DNA of 64,000 bases, filler included, from Porpidia crustulata (Eukaryota), in assembly GCA_964255105.1 (NCBI GenBank). It is 3 parts of 3 records of this genome, joined end to end, with 100 filler letters (N's around TTAATTAATTAA, not from the genome) between each part and the next. Parts side by side here need not be neighbours in the genome. Positions count along the whole stretch, not along the records: positions 44,817 to 64,000 come from CAXUWE010000148.1; 2 more parts are not named here. One strand, 5' to 3'. The translations under genes were made by a program, and so were the position numbers. Below are positions 53,155 to 64,000 of the stretch, piece after piece. Position 1 is the first letter of the stretch. Each line of letters opens with the position of its first letter. The notes below the pieces were generated by a model. It was not told the origin of the DNA. It was given only the letters and a program-made list of their open reading frames with translations, and ran no database searches.

Positions 53155-53650
53155 CGAGGTTGTAAGGCAATAAGTTGTTACGTCTGGGCAGATACGCAGA
53201 GAGATGCAACTCAAAGGTATTGAAGATGAAGAAGATGAGGAAGCTTGCGAAACTGTGAGGTTGATTGTGTCGGCCGGTTACCAATCACCCAATCTGAAGC
53301 AAGGATCCTGGGATTTCCTATCGAGGAATTACCTATATTTAGAACTGTGGCTGAAGCCTGGATATGTTTCTTGACACTGTAACATTCAACGAATTTGAAT
53401 TATTTCCCTTCCATTATAGGTATTGGTCCCAAACTTTCTACTTCCACATGGTTCGGCACTAGATGATGACGGAGTATGATCCAACCCCGAATTTCGTCGT
53501 CATTACTGAAAACAATCAAGAAACAGTAGATGATCCAGGGTCCATGGGCAGCTTACAACTAGTCAATGACAGCGCACAGCCACATCAGTCGCCACAGTTC
53601 CGCGTGCTCAGAAAGTATCATCACTTTGTCGTTGAGGCACAACCATCGCC

Positions 53651-54739
53651 ATGAGAAATTCTAATCTACAGCTTCAACAAAATTTCCGAAACTCGTTTAG
53701 CCAAGTCTCGTCATGTAAAAGACCAGTCCTGACTCATCTCAATGCTGACACAACATGGCTTCTTCAACTCCCCTATCCTCCTGATATAGCTTCTCTCCAT
53801 GGTCGATCACACTTCAATATTCTCATCGATCCTTGGTTGAAGGGATTCCAGGTTGATGTCGCCTCTTGGTTCTCCAAGCAATGGCACTCGACGGAATCAA
53901 GTGTCCCGACGATTATGGAACTTGATGAGCAATTGCGAGGGATTGAGTGTCTAATACGCGAACAAACAGGCCATGCCAGTATATCTGAGAAGGATTTACA
54001 GTTGAAAAACACAGCGCGGTCTTTTATTGATGCTGTCGTAATATCGCATGAATTTACAGACCACTGCCACAGAGAGACACTCCTCGAGGTTCATCCTGAT
54101 ACACCTGTATTTGCGACAAAAGTTGCCGCAGACTTGGTCAGGTCATGGAAACATTTCACATCTGTTCGAGATGTACCACTTTTCTCCGAATCAAATCTAG
54201 ACTGGTTGAAAACATCACTGAAACCATTACCTGGATGGATTGGGATATCGAGGATTATCACTGAAACTGATTCATTATACTTCCATGCGGCAATCCTTAT
54301 CACATTTGACCTGGGAGGCCGGGTTCCTAACGACTCCCAAGCAAAGGGGGAGACATCAGAAGCAGTCATCTACACGCCGCATGGCATTCGTGCTCAGGAT
54401 CTTCGTCATCTTACTTTAGCAAAGCCACCTCTTCGCACGCTTGCACTTCTCCACGGACTCCACGATGTCACCATTGCTAATTTGAAGAAGCTCAACCTTG
54501 GCGCGCACAATGGGCTCCGGGCTCAGAGGATGTGTAACGCCAAATTCTGGGTCTCTACCCACGACGAAGAGAAGAAAGCACGAGGGCTGGTTGCGTATTT
54601 GCTCAGAAGGAGGATCGTCACAGCTCAGGAGGTAGTGAAGTTTGAAAAGAGTCATAGCTCAGACGAAGCTTTAACAGCAGAGCTGGAGCGAGCAAATTTT
54701 TGCGATCTGAAAAGTGGTGAAAGCTTACTTCTGTCGTGA
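53651..54739 (+). CDS. Metallo-beta-lactamase-fold hypothetical protein
   Basis: LNADTTWL, ILIDPWL, ISHEFTDH, YTPHG, THDE motifs. Confidence 0.8.
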   Translation: MRNSNLQLQQNFRNSFSQVSSCKRPVLTHLNADTTWLLQLPYPPDIASLHGRSHFNILIDPWLKGFQVDVASWFSKQWHSTESSVPTIMELDEQLRGIECLIREQTGHASISEKDLQLKNTARSFIDAVVISHEFTDHCHRETLLEVHPDTPVFATKVAADLVRSWKHFTSVRDVPLFSESNLDWLKTSLKPLPGWIGISRIITETDSLYFHAAILITFDLGGRVPNDSQAKGETSEAVIYTPHGIRAQDLRHLTLAKPPLRTLALLHGLHDVTIANLKKLNLGAHNGLRAQRMCNAKFWVSTHDEEKKARGLVAYLLRRRIVTAQEVVKFEKSHSSDEALTAELERANFCDLKSGESLLLS

Positions 54740-55411
54740 GTAGACTCATCCACACCACCTAGTTTCAGACCGCCCAAAGCCAGGGCCCAAAGTATTCTAC
54801 GCAGTTATCAGTGGTACGATGTGATAACCATGAAAGTAAGGGCAACCAGCAAATTTATGAAACCAGTTTCCACAATTTTACGTGGCTGCGGATCTGGTTA
54901 GAAGCGACTGCGTGAGGTACCTCTGGCGATCTGCAGCTGCTTGGCGGATCCTCCTTCGTCCAAACAAATTGAAGGGATGGAGTCGACAGAGCTGGCCGAA
55001 AATCCTGCCCGCAGATAGTCAAACTATCCAACACGCACCCGGAGCCAACTATTACCTAGAGTCCGTGAGTGCCTAGGTTCAGGTAGCTCGTTTTAATTCT
55101 TTTTCCAGCACACGGTCCAAGCACTAGGACGGACTAGGTTACATGGATTATCCCTGCACAGATCGCTTCGGCATGACGCAGTGTGGCAGTTTGGGGCTTT
55201 GCTTTGCCTTGTCAGGCACGGAAAAAGGCGGTGAACAAACGTGTGAATGTGAAGACAAACCATCCACGCCACCTTCATACCTTGCTGCTAGGTACCTTAT
55301 CTCCACGACATCCCAATTATGCCTTACAATTGACAACAGCTCGACACCTACAGCAACCTGCAGTCAACTTCAGACCGGGCACCATCTCTGACAACATCAC
55401 AGGGTTCCATT

Positions 55412-56602
55412 ATGCACTTTTTCAAGTCTCTCAAAGGCAATCATCCGGAGACGATTGGCGGCCCATCGCCACCAGGAACCCATGGAATTGAAGCCACCTT
55501 GACTGATGGGAAGGAATCTTTCCGAAACCGAAGCGATGGAGAAAAAAATACCGCAGGCCAGCCCATTTCACAATACTTAGCTCCCTCAGGGCCTCCCCCC
55601 GGGCGGGAGCAATACGCTCCACCACCAGGACCGCCGCCAGCTAGAGTGGAATACGCCCCACCTTCAGGACCACCTCCTAGGAGAAGGGAATATGCTCCTC
55701 CAGTCGGACCCCCTCCCACTCATGAAGAGTTTGCCACGGAGCCACCCCCATACCATGAATGGACGTCAATCCCTGATACTGCGCTACTTCCTCCGCCACC
55801 AGCTCTAGGCAATGAAATGAGTCCTTTCAGTAATGCTTCTCGCACTGACGCAGACAGAGCACATAGCTGGTGCAAGCTGAATCCACTTATTAAACCTCAT
55901 AGGCCAACCCCGGCACAAACCAGCAGTGTCATGAATGGAGACGTAAGAGTGCTGAAACCGCGGGAATATAATGGTGACCTACAAATGGTCAATACTGGTG
56001 CTTGGAAAGGATCTACTCGCACTGGAAGCAAGGATGCCAGCCTCATAAGCTCAATGCCTTTGTATTTCACAGAGTTTGACTCGCCACAGAGCACTGGCGT
56101 CCCAAAAACAATATACTTTGAAGTGAAAGTCCAATCATTAGGCCGTGTACATAATACCGATGAAAGCTCTATTGCTATTGGCTTTTGTGGAATGCCATAC
56201 CCTACTTGGCGTATGCCCGGATGGGAAAGGGGCAGTGTCGCTGTCCATAGTGATGATGGACGAAGATATGTCAATGACAGCTGGGGTGGAAAAGACTTCA
56301 CTTCTCCATTTCGAATAGGAGACACTGTTGGCCTTGGAATGACCTTCGCAACGTCGGAGTTTCCTCCAGAATATCATACTTTATCATTGGCCAAATCCGG
56401 ACTGAAAGTGGAAGTGTTCTTCACAAGAAATGGGTCAAAAGACGGAAGCTGGGATCTACATGAGGAGCTGGATGCTGACAATGATCTCGGCGTTGATGGG
56501 CTTGACGGCCAATATGACCTCTACGGAGTCATTGGGACATTCGGAAGCGTCGAGTTTGACGCCTTCTTCAATTCTCGAGATTGGCTATGGCAGCCAACTT
56601 GA
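55412..56602 (+). CDS. SPRY-domain protein (Ssh4/Ear1-like) with Pro-rich repeats and PPxY
   Basis: IYFEVK, YPTWRMPGWERGSVAVHSDDG, GDTVGLG, FFTRNG; four 13-aa YxxPxGPPP repeats; EPPPY. Confidence 0.9.
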   Translation: MHFFKSLKGNHPETIGGPSPPGTHGIEATLTDGKESFRNRSDGEKNTAGQPISQYLAPSGPPPGREQYAPPPGPPPARVEYAPPSGPPPRRREYAPPVGPPPTHEEFATEPPPYHEWTSIPDTALLPPPPALGNEMSPFSNASRTDADRAHSWCKLNPLIKPHRPTPAQTSSVMNGDVRVLKPREYNGDLQMVNTGAWKGSTRTGSKDASLISSMPLYFTEFDSPQSTGVPKTIYFEVKVQSLGRVHNTDESSIAIGFCGMPYPTWRMPGWERGSVAVHSDDGRRYVNDSWGGKDFTSPFRIGDTVGLGMTFATSEFPPEYHTLSLAKSGLKVEVFFTRNGSKDGSWDLHEELDADNDLGVDGLDGQYDLYGVIGTFGSVEFDAFFNSRDWLWQPT

Positions 56603-58273
56603 CTCCACGACTGGCCAATGGAAAACTTTTTCGGTATGTACTATTACTACATTTGTTGACTTACCACGGGCTCATCTGAATGCGCACTTTGTACTCTGTG
56701 GAAATTCGACTACATAAAGTGTAGTCTCATATTTTCCTTTGATCAGTGGCCACTGAATAGATTATTGCTTCTCCCATCACCTTTTTAAGCGATTGAGCTT
56801 TGCAACTCCGATCTACTCCCTACAGAATATACGTGTATCCATGTATTGTGCATCTTCGCTACCCAGCGGGGAACCGGGACGGTGCGTAGCCGGTCGATCA
56901 GGTCTGAAGTCACATATAGACCATGAGCCTGCCGAAAGCCTGCATAAGTTTGCCGCTACATTGACGGATTGCAGATTCAATTCAGGGTCGCTGATGGCGT
57001 CCTCATGGCTGTTGAGCATTTGTCACGCTACAAGCGACAAACGCTGTGAGTGGCCTTCGTCCGTTGTCAACAGAGCTTGTAATAGCCATGTGTGTGATTG
57101 AATGACATAGCATTCTTGCAATTTACCGATGTAGCTCGTGAACACTACGCAGCATATAACAGTACCAGTAAGTTCCTTTGCGGTATCGCGCAAGTGCGAT
57201 TGCGGGTGCAAGCGGGCCTATCACCGCATTAAGAGGGTAACCCCGAACAATTTCACATTAGTCTATGCAGACTTCAGCGGCTTTTGAAGCATGAATCGAT
57301 AATAATGTTGAGTCCAGCAGTCCACAGAACGCCTTCACCGCACACAGAGGTGGGAATGGGAAGCAAGCACCGTCGAATGGTGAATGAAAACGGAAAAGAA
57401 TGCCCTGTCGGTTGTTGTACTGCATGCTCCTGCGAATGCGCGTTCCGATTGACATCGATGTCGACAACTTGCGTTTGACAACAATGTCTTCGACCGTTGG
57501 CATGAATGTGGGGCTTTCTCAGACGCGTTTTTGGGTGTGGAGCGGTAGTACGATTGAAAAGACTCTGGTGGCCACCAATTAAGTCAAGGGAAAAAGATGG
57601 CATGTGTCTTATCATGAAGTATTGCTCTTGCTTTTGAGTCGGCTGAACGAATAAGGCATGTGGCTTTGGCTCGTAACAGGATTTCCAGAAGACGGCCACG
57701 GTTGACATGAATGCCCGGACGGCACTTTGAAGCAGATCAGACAGCCTACATGATACCACCTGCAATGCTACAGCCTACGTACTACTTTAGGCACATGTAT
57801 CGCAGACATTGCGCGGGGTTTTCGTCCTTAAGCTGCTATTCTAATCTCTCGGCTTGCGGCTCGACTAACCCCAACACAAAGCAACCTTACCTAAGCATAC
57901 TTCCACACTTGCACTTCTCCCGCCCGTGCATTACCTTACGGTTCTACCAGGGATTAAATATTATTATCTTTCACACATGCAACTCTTGTGGCCAGCGGCG
58001 GAAAGACTGGCGATCTTGCGACTATGGCCTCCTATGGCTTGATAATTAAGCATCCTACTTGGTAATAGTCCCATGCACCAGGACGCAAACGATATTGAAT
58101 TTCATCACGAGCTAGTCGTACCCAGCAAAGGGATTGAGATATGTATACCAAGATGTCTCGTCTCTCACATTCCTCGTCCTGTTTTGTCAAATGCCCTTGG
58201 ATCGCTCTCTATACACATTGGATTGGGTACATCTCAATCCTGCTGGCGTTTTTCACCTTCTTTTTCCTTCGTT

Positions 58274-59829
58274 ATGTATATCGACCATAAACTCTTCCTA
58301 TCGTTATTGTAAGTTCGCAGCTGACTAGCCGCTTTCTTCTACATCTGCCGAGTCTGTGATCTGACTATCGAAGTATTTTCCGATATCTACGCTTGGTCGT
58401 AAGTATCTTTGCGTTCTATAGTCTGCGACCAATCCAAATACCTGAGAACCCGCGGTTTTTTTCGAAGGATGTTACAGTAATAGTGCCTTCGCTGGAAGGC
58501 GATGGTCCGGAGCTTTTCGATACAATTCAGAGTATATTGGCTACGGAGCCACAGAAGATAATACTGGTCACCATTGATGCACAGCGGGCGCGCGCGCAAT
58601 TGATGATTAAAACAATGGGCACTTCTAGAGTCCAAGTCATGAGCATACCACATCCGAATAAGCGATGGCAAATGGTCAAGGCTTTTCCGGAAATAGAGAC
58701 AAAGATTACAGTTTTCGCCGATGACGACGTTACTTGGCCTTCAACGCTGCTTCCATGGATACTGGCGCCATTCGAGGACAAACGGTATGGTGCAGTCGGT
58801 ACAAACCAGAGGCTTCGGCGCGCAGCTGCTCCCAGTATCCAACAGCGGGCACACGGCTATTTGGGAGCTCTGTACCTGGAAAGGCGCAACTTTGATTGTG
58901 CTTCCTGTATGTACATGGATGGTGGCTTGCCATGCCTTTCTGGCAGAACAGTAGCCTACCGGACCGAGATCCTAAAGGATGCCTCGTTCATCCATGAATT
59001 CACACACGAGCAATGGATGTCCAAATACCAGCTGCATGCGGACGACGACAATTTCCTAACCAGGTGGATGTATTCCCATGGATGGAAGATATGGTATCAG
59101 CACCACAAAGAAACTGAGGTGCTCACCACATTGGAGGATAATTCCAAATTCTGGAGACAATGCCTGCGATGGGTTCGAAGCAATTGGAGGAGTAATTTGA
59201 CAAGCATATTCAGGGAAAGGATCTGGAGGTCAGTATAGTCTCAGTGTTCTGAGCGGCCAGGTTGCTCTATTCTTACTCGGCAAGCAGAATTCAACCATGG
59301 AGTACTTATGCGGTTTTTCAAACGACGCTTACTCATTGGTCCTTTCTGTGGGATTGTTTGATTGTCTACCTGTATTTCTGGACAACTGCATCATGGCCTT
59401 ATGAGTGGAAAGAAGCAGGGTTCATCGCCCTCGTCGTTTGGGTATTCTTCATCGGCAAATTTGTCAAAACGCTAGGACATTACATTCGACATCCGGTTGA
59501 CTTCCTCCTGCTACCGCTGTCGATCATTTTCGGCTATCTGCATGGGTTCATCAAGCTTCATGGCCTATTCTCTATAAATGTCGTAAGTTTGGATCCCCCA
59601 TATCTAAGATACCTCCCCAAACAAGCGTGGGCGGACTGGCTGCATGGCGACTAGTTGATAGCTTCTTCCTCGTCCGTTTCAAGTACCTTGCATACTGACT
59701 GATGGCTTACAGACAACATGGGGTAGCCGCGAAGGAGCCGACGGTGACCATGGGTATCGCATGATCCGTGTCACGGAAAAGCAAGAAGTCGATCTCCACC
59801 CAGCTTTAAAACCGCGGCAGTATACTTGA
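58274..59829 (+). CDS. CPS1: Processive GT2 polysaccharide synthase (Cps1/hyaluronan-synthase-like), 4 exons
   Basis: Exons about 58274-58308, 58374-59228, 59288-59582, 59713-59829; ADDD, CLSGRT, DDNFLTRW, QCLRW (QxxRW), C-terminal TM helices, TTWGSR. Confidence 0.88.
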
Positions 59830-62319
59830 CGACTTTATGAGACTACGGAAACGAAGACTGCGGCCACACGACATGTTTGCTACCGAAGCGTCCTACGACG
59901 ACGCCATCGGCCCATATGCGCACGGATGTCCAACAGGGAGGGAAGCAGTGCGTCAGTCGCCCGACTTGCCCTCGTTCGACGTTCTAGCGCGTGTACGACT
60001 ATTGACGTTAATAATGATCGCGATCATCATTCATATTTAGCGATTCCTTGCGTGGGGCCCTTTACTACGTTGTAGTCACTAATTAGATTTGGGACGGTGG
60101 GTGGCGTTATATCTATCAAAAGTTTCGTTTGAGTTCATTCAGGGCGTCCTCGATCCTCCCGTGATTGAGCTTTAGAGGGGGTTTACAGTTTTCTCCGCAT
60201 GTTGCGCCATCGGCTAGAAGGATAGGGAGTGTCTCTGGCGTTCAAAATACGATTGTCGGGAATTAATAAAATTATTCATGCCCGCGACTTGAGCAATGGA
60301 GAATTGGAATGTCTTGACTGGCGGACCACATATCTTGGTGACAATATTTGGCTACCGCACCTACATAAATTAATAGAGATCTCGAGAAGGCAGGTCCAGA
60401 GTAGAGTGGCACAGTGGATTGCAGGGCTCGTTAGAGCGGCTTCAGGATCTTAGATAAACCCTACCCGGCTAATGCGAACAAGGCGGCAGTACAGGTCCGT
60501 AACTCGTAGTTCACTCGTACAAGTGACAAGTGGAAAACATCAAGTACTGTGGAGACTTTAGCTATTGAGTATTGTACGGACTACCATTTCTAGTGTTGGA
60601 TGCAGTCGGATTGCGGTAGTTGAGCGGCGGGCTCTCAGCGTTCTAGTGGTCTCAGTGACAAATGCTCCACTGTGTCGAGGGTCTCTTGTACTACGTACGT
60701 ACCCTTGGGAGACTTGCATTGTGCTGCTACAACATGCAGATAGGTACATCGAATCCTTCATCGAAAGTTCCTTTGGCACTTTCGATATGTTGCACTGCAT
60801 CGTCGTCGGGCACGCATCTGCGCAAGAAAGAAGCAAGCTACACGCATTCTTAGCTACTTGACTCGTGAACCTACGAGCCTGGGAGCATATTTTGGGGCCT
60901 GGCGACATGGTGATTTGTTTGCTCGTCTGAGAAGATAGACCAACAAGCGCAGGCAATTGGCTACCACACGCATGTCGTTCAATGCGGCGTGGCGCTGACC
61001 AAAAGCCTTAGCAGTGTAGTCAGGGATTACGATCGCACATTATCAACGTGGTGGTTGCACATGGTCGTACACATCTGCTCTCATATGTGCCAAGAACGCC
61101 CGATCGATTTTGGTTTACACGACTACCAAACTGCTGCATGTCTTATCGGCCCTGAAGGGATCCTGATTGAGACGTGTTCGTAAATTGGGACGCTCTCAAT
61201 CACCTGCCATTGGATGTGAATACTGGATACAAGGATGCTAACACAATAGTACCCAAGAGGTGGATGGGAACTGCTGAAGCTCTGAAGGCTTCAGCCATTA
61301 ACCCCACTACCCCACTGGCATAGACTAGTCGACTGCTTGTCGACCATGTACGTTAGGTGCAAGGAGCATCTAGAGCAATAGAATCAACGGGTTCTGAGAA
61401 GCACTTATGATCACGGTTCAGCACAGACCTCTACATGGAGTACCACCACCAGTTGACCACTTGCTACATGGTGCATACGTGGTAAGTATAGGCCAGTCAC
61501 CAGTACCTAGCACACCCTTGGCCATAGCACGAACGCCATGAGGGACGCCTTGGCGCGGAAACTAGCGATGCCTCGCATACGGCATACAGTCAAGGGTAGA
61601 GTATCATTCAAATTAAATATCCGCCCTCCACTTTGGCCAACCGCTAAGGGACGGACTACTCAAACACCCCACACGAACAACTCGAGAGAAATCAACGTCA
61701 AAATCCAAGACCAGGATATCAAAAGAGATGCTCCACGCCTTACGACGAGTCGTGAGGATCGCATAGTCAAAGGAACATGATCAGCGTATCAACGCCATTA
61801 GCGGCATGGACTTTCGCACGACGGTCTCGTGCGCGATCAATCCGCCAATCGCAAGTAGGAGGTACACCCGATTTCTGCGAGACCAATCAATCGTGAGCCA
61901 GGAGAATTTCTACTCATTGATCGACTCATAGCGTTGAATGAAACTCGAGCCAGCAACCGAGTCAGCGACGCTAGGCTTTGGGGCGCCCTGGCATCGTGGT
62001 GAAAACAGTCGCTGGGATACGAGATAGATATGGAGATCGATGTGGAGATTTTGATTCCTGTCATTTACGCAAAGTCCCAAGACCTCCAGATCCTTGGAAT
62101 CGCTTTAGTCCTGTTGCTTTCCTTTCTGGATCAGCATCATCGTCATCCATAGACTGGTCTCGGCCGCCCGTTGCAAAGCGGCACTTGTATCCCAACCCCC
62201 AACATCTCGCCGCTTCCAACGACTCACTAGCTGCTAGTTCGGAGGACGACACTGTACATAGTAAGTGCTGCAATGCGCTATTCTTTGGTGCGCTCGACAA
62301 CCGAGCACTAGTAAGCCGT

Positions 62320-62333
62320 CTAACCCTAACCCT
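62320..62333 (+). repeat. Interstitial telomeric motif CTAACCCTAACCCT (possible telomerase RNA template)
   Basis: 14-nt perfect match to (CCCTAA)n in a region without convincing genes. Confidence 0.5.
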
Positions 62334-64000
62334 GAAAGAAGTTGCTATTATCCAATGTTCATATGTACTATCGTGTGTCGAGACTCGACTCTCGCATCGA
62401 TGATGTATCAAATTGATGCTTCTTTACCTAATATTAAAACATGTCAGCAGCTCATGTCGTATATCACTATGAATAGGGTTAAGGCTCAGCCCTTCGCTAC
62501 CGTCAGACTAAGACTCGAAGCATTGCAGTATTTACCGTGTCTTCGTCCGTACAGCCAAACATCCGTCAATCTCTTCAGGATTTCCACGTTTTTCTAGACT
62601 ACCAGTATTACGGTCATCACATCGCCGAGGGTACGACTCGACAACCGCGATATATACGATTGACAGGCGCCTAGTCTCGTTGATATACAAGACCGTTTCG
62701 ATACCTGGTGCTCATAATAATCCAGACTATCCATTCATCCACTTCCACCAGGTTGAGGTTTTTTAATTTGATATGTTACGTTGTAGCTTATCCCTGAGTG
62801 TCGGATATCACCGAAGATAGCACCAGATAACGTTCTTTCTGTGCGATGTCATATTTCACTTCGCGATGCATTTACCCTCGGAGTATCTACTGGTAAAATT
62901 GAAAACCTATGCTCTCTGTCTCCTGCATCTCATTTCCTTTAGTTCTCCGGAGAAGAGTGTATGCAAAGCTATTTCTAGATTGCACCCCGAACATCCTGTG
63001 AACGACGGCTTTGCTCAGAAAACCAGGAGCGATGCACCGATGGCTCCAGAAACGTGACGACCCAACAATAACGCTATCAGCTATGCGACTGTTTTACAAT
63101 TGTTTGTGTCGTATAGTCTACAATCGACAACGACAGCTCGAGACTGTGCTAACTCTTTCTTCGCGGCTGAGAGACCAAGTATTAGGTTCAGGCTGGCAAT
63201 TCATACTCTACCTAGACCGAAGATACTAGATGAGAATCCAGGATGTCCATATTAATCCGGTGTCCGCAAAATCTATTCATGAAAATTCAAGTCACCCATT
63301 CCTCAAGGTCCTTGAAGAATTTCCCTCACAACGAACAACATCATTACGATTCTGTCTGAAATCGGCGAAGCATTCTTCGAACGTATACACAGGTGTCTGA
63401 TATTATAATAGGACGAGCAAAGCAGCCCGTAAAGCTTCACCTGCTTCTTAATCAAGTAATTCCCGTTCTTCTAGCTCTGGCCGAAAAAGCCTTTGATCAG
63501 CCTACCTTGCGCACCTTGAATGAAATAATCACTGTTGAATCTGATATTTCAGAACATGCACGGTCTCACTGTCAGGATCCTACAGATGAAAGCCAGCTCT
63601 GGAAGAAGTGCTACATCAAAATTCGAACCGAATCAATTCTGTCATCTCCAAGCTCCTCCCCCCTACACCACCAACCGACCAAACATCACACCCTTTTTCT
63701 TTCTTGCCTTCGCCAATCAACTCAAGTCCGCATACCACAGAAATGAACTCCCATCTAAACTCCCATTTCCATTCCCATTTTTTCCGCCAATAAAAGATCC
63801 TCCTACTTAAGATCTCATCTAGACAACACGATTCAATTCCAATGTATCGAGAGATTGTATGGGGGAGATGGGTATCGGGAATCGATTGGATTTTTTGGGG
63901 GTTTGTGGGTTGGATGGTGGATGGATGGATGGATGGAAGAGGTTGGTTTGGGTTGGGGGTAGTGTTGGATGCTGGTTAATGGTTGGGGATGTATTAATAC

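Noticed and set aside
63230..63746. Two offset + strand ORFs that might form a frameshifted gene
   Set aside because: No recognisable domain or splice signals, and the end is low-complexity; insufficient support.

Overview
Filamentous ascomycete (Pezizomycotina, plausibly lichen-forming) genomic DNA with spliceosomal introns. It consists of three contigs joined by artificial 100-bp N44-TTAATTAATTAA-N44 linkers at 22313-22412 and 44717-44816, so adjacency across the gaps means nothing. Contig 1 (1-22312): dienelactone hydrolase (runs off the start), a small Mug135/DUF1773-like gene, a ferric reductase with a RIP-like-decayed pogo/Fot1-type transposon (holding a solo LTR) in its promoter, a secreted GH18 chitinase, a DUF3292 membrane protein, and a head-to-head pair of vacuolar subtilisin (PRB1-like) and BEACH protein (BPH1-like). 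Contig 2 (22413-44716): a two-domain Cys-patterned secreted protein, an alcohol oxidase apparently missing its N-terminal FAD-binding segment, an Fe-type alcohol dehydrogenase, about 10 kb of accessory or decayed DNA, a conserved secreted protein and an APC amino-acid permease. Contig 3 (44817-64000): hybrid histidine kinase, Ca2+/H+ exchanger with a 3-nt microexon, MBL-fold protein, SPRY protein, Cps1-like GT2 synthase and a gene-poor 4-kb tail. The most notable observation is an array of about 10 stem-loops at 38.37-38.84 kb, with covarying stems and CNGGN pentaloops matching the Smaug/Vts1 recognition element, inside a decayed ORF. A second is a candidate telomerase-RNA locus near 62.3 kb. 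All calls were made by eye; no database searches were run.
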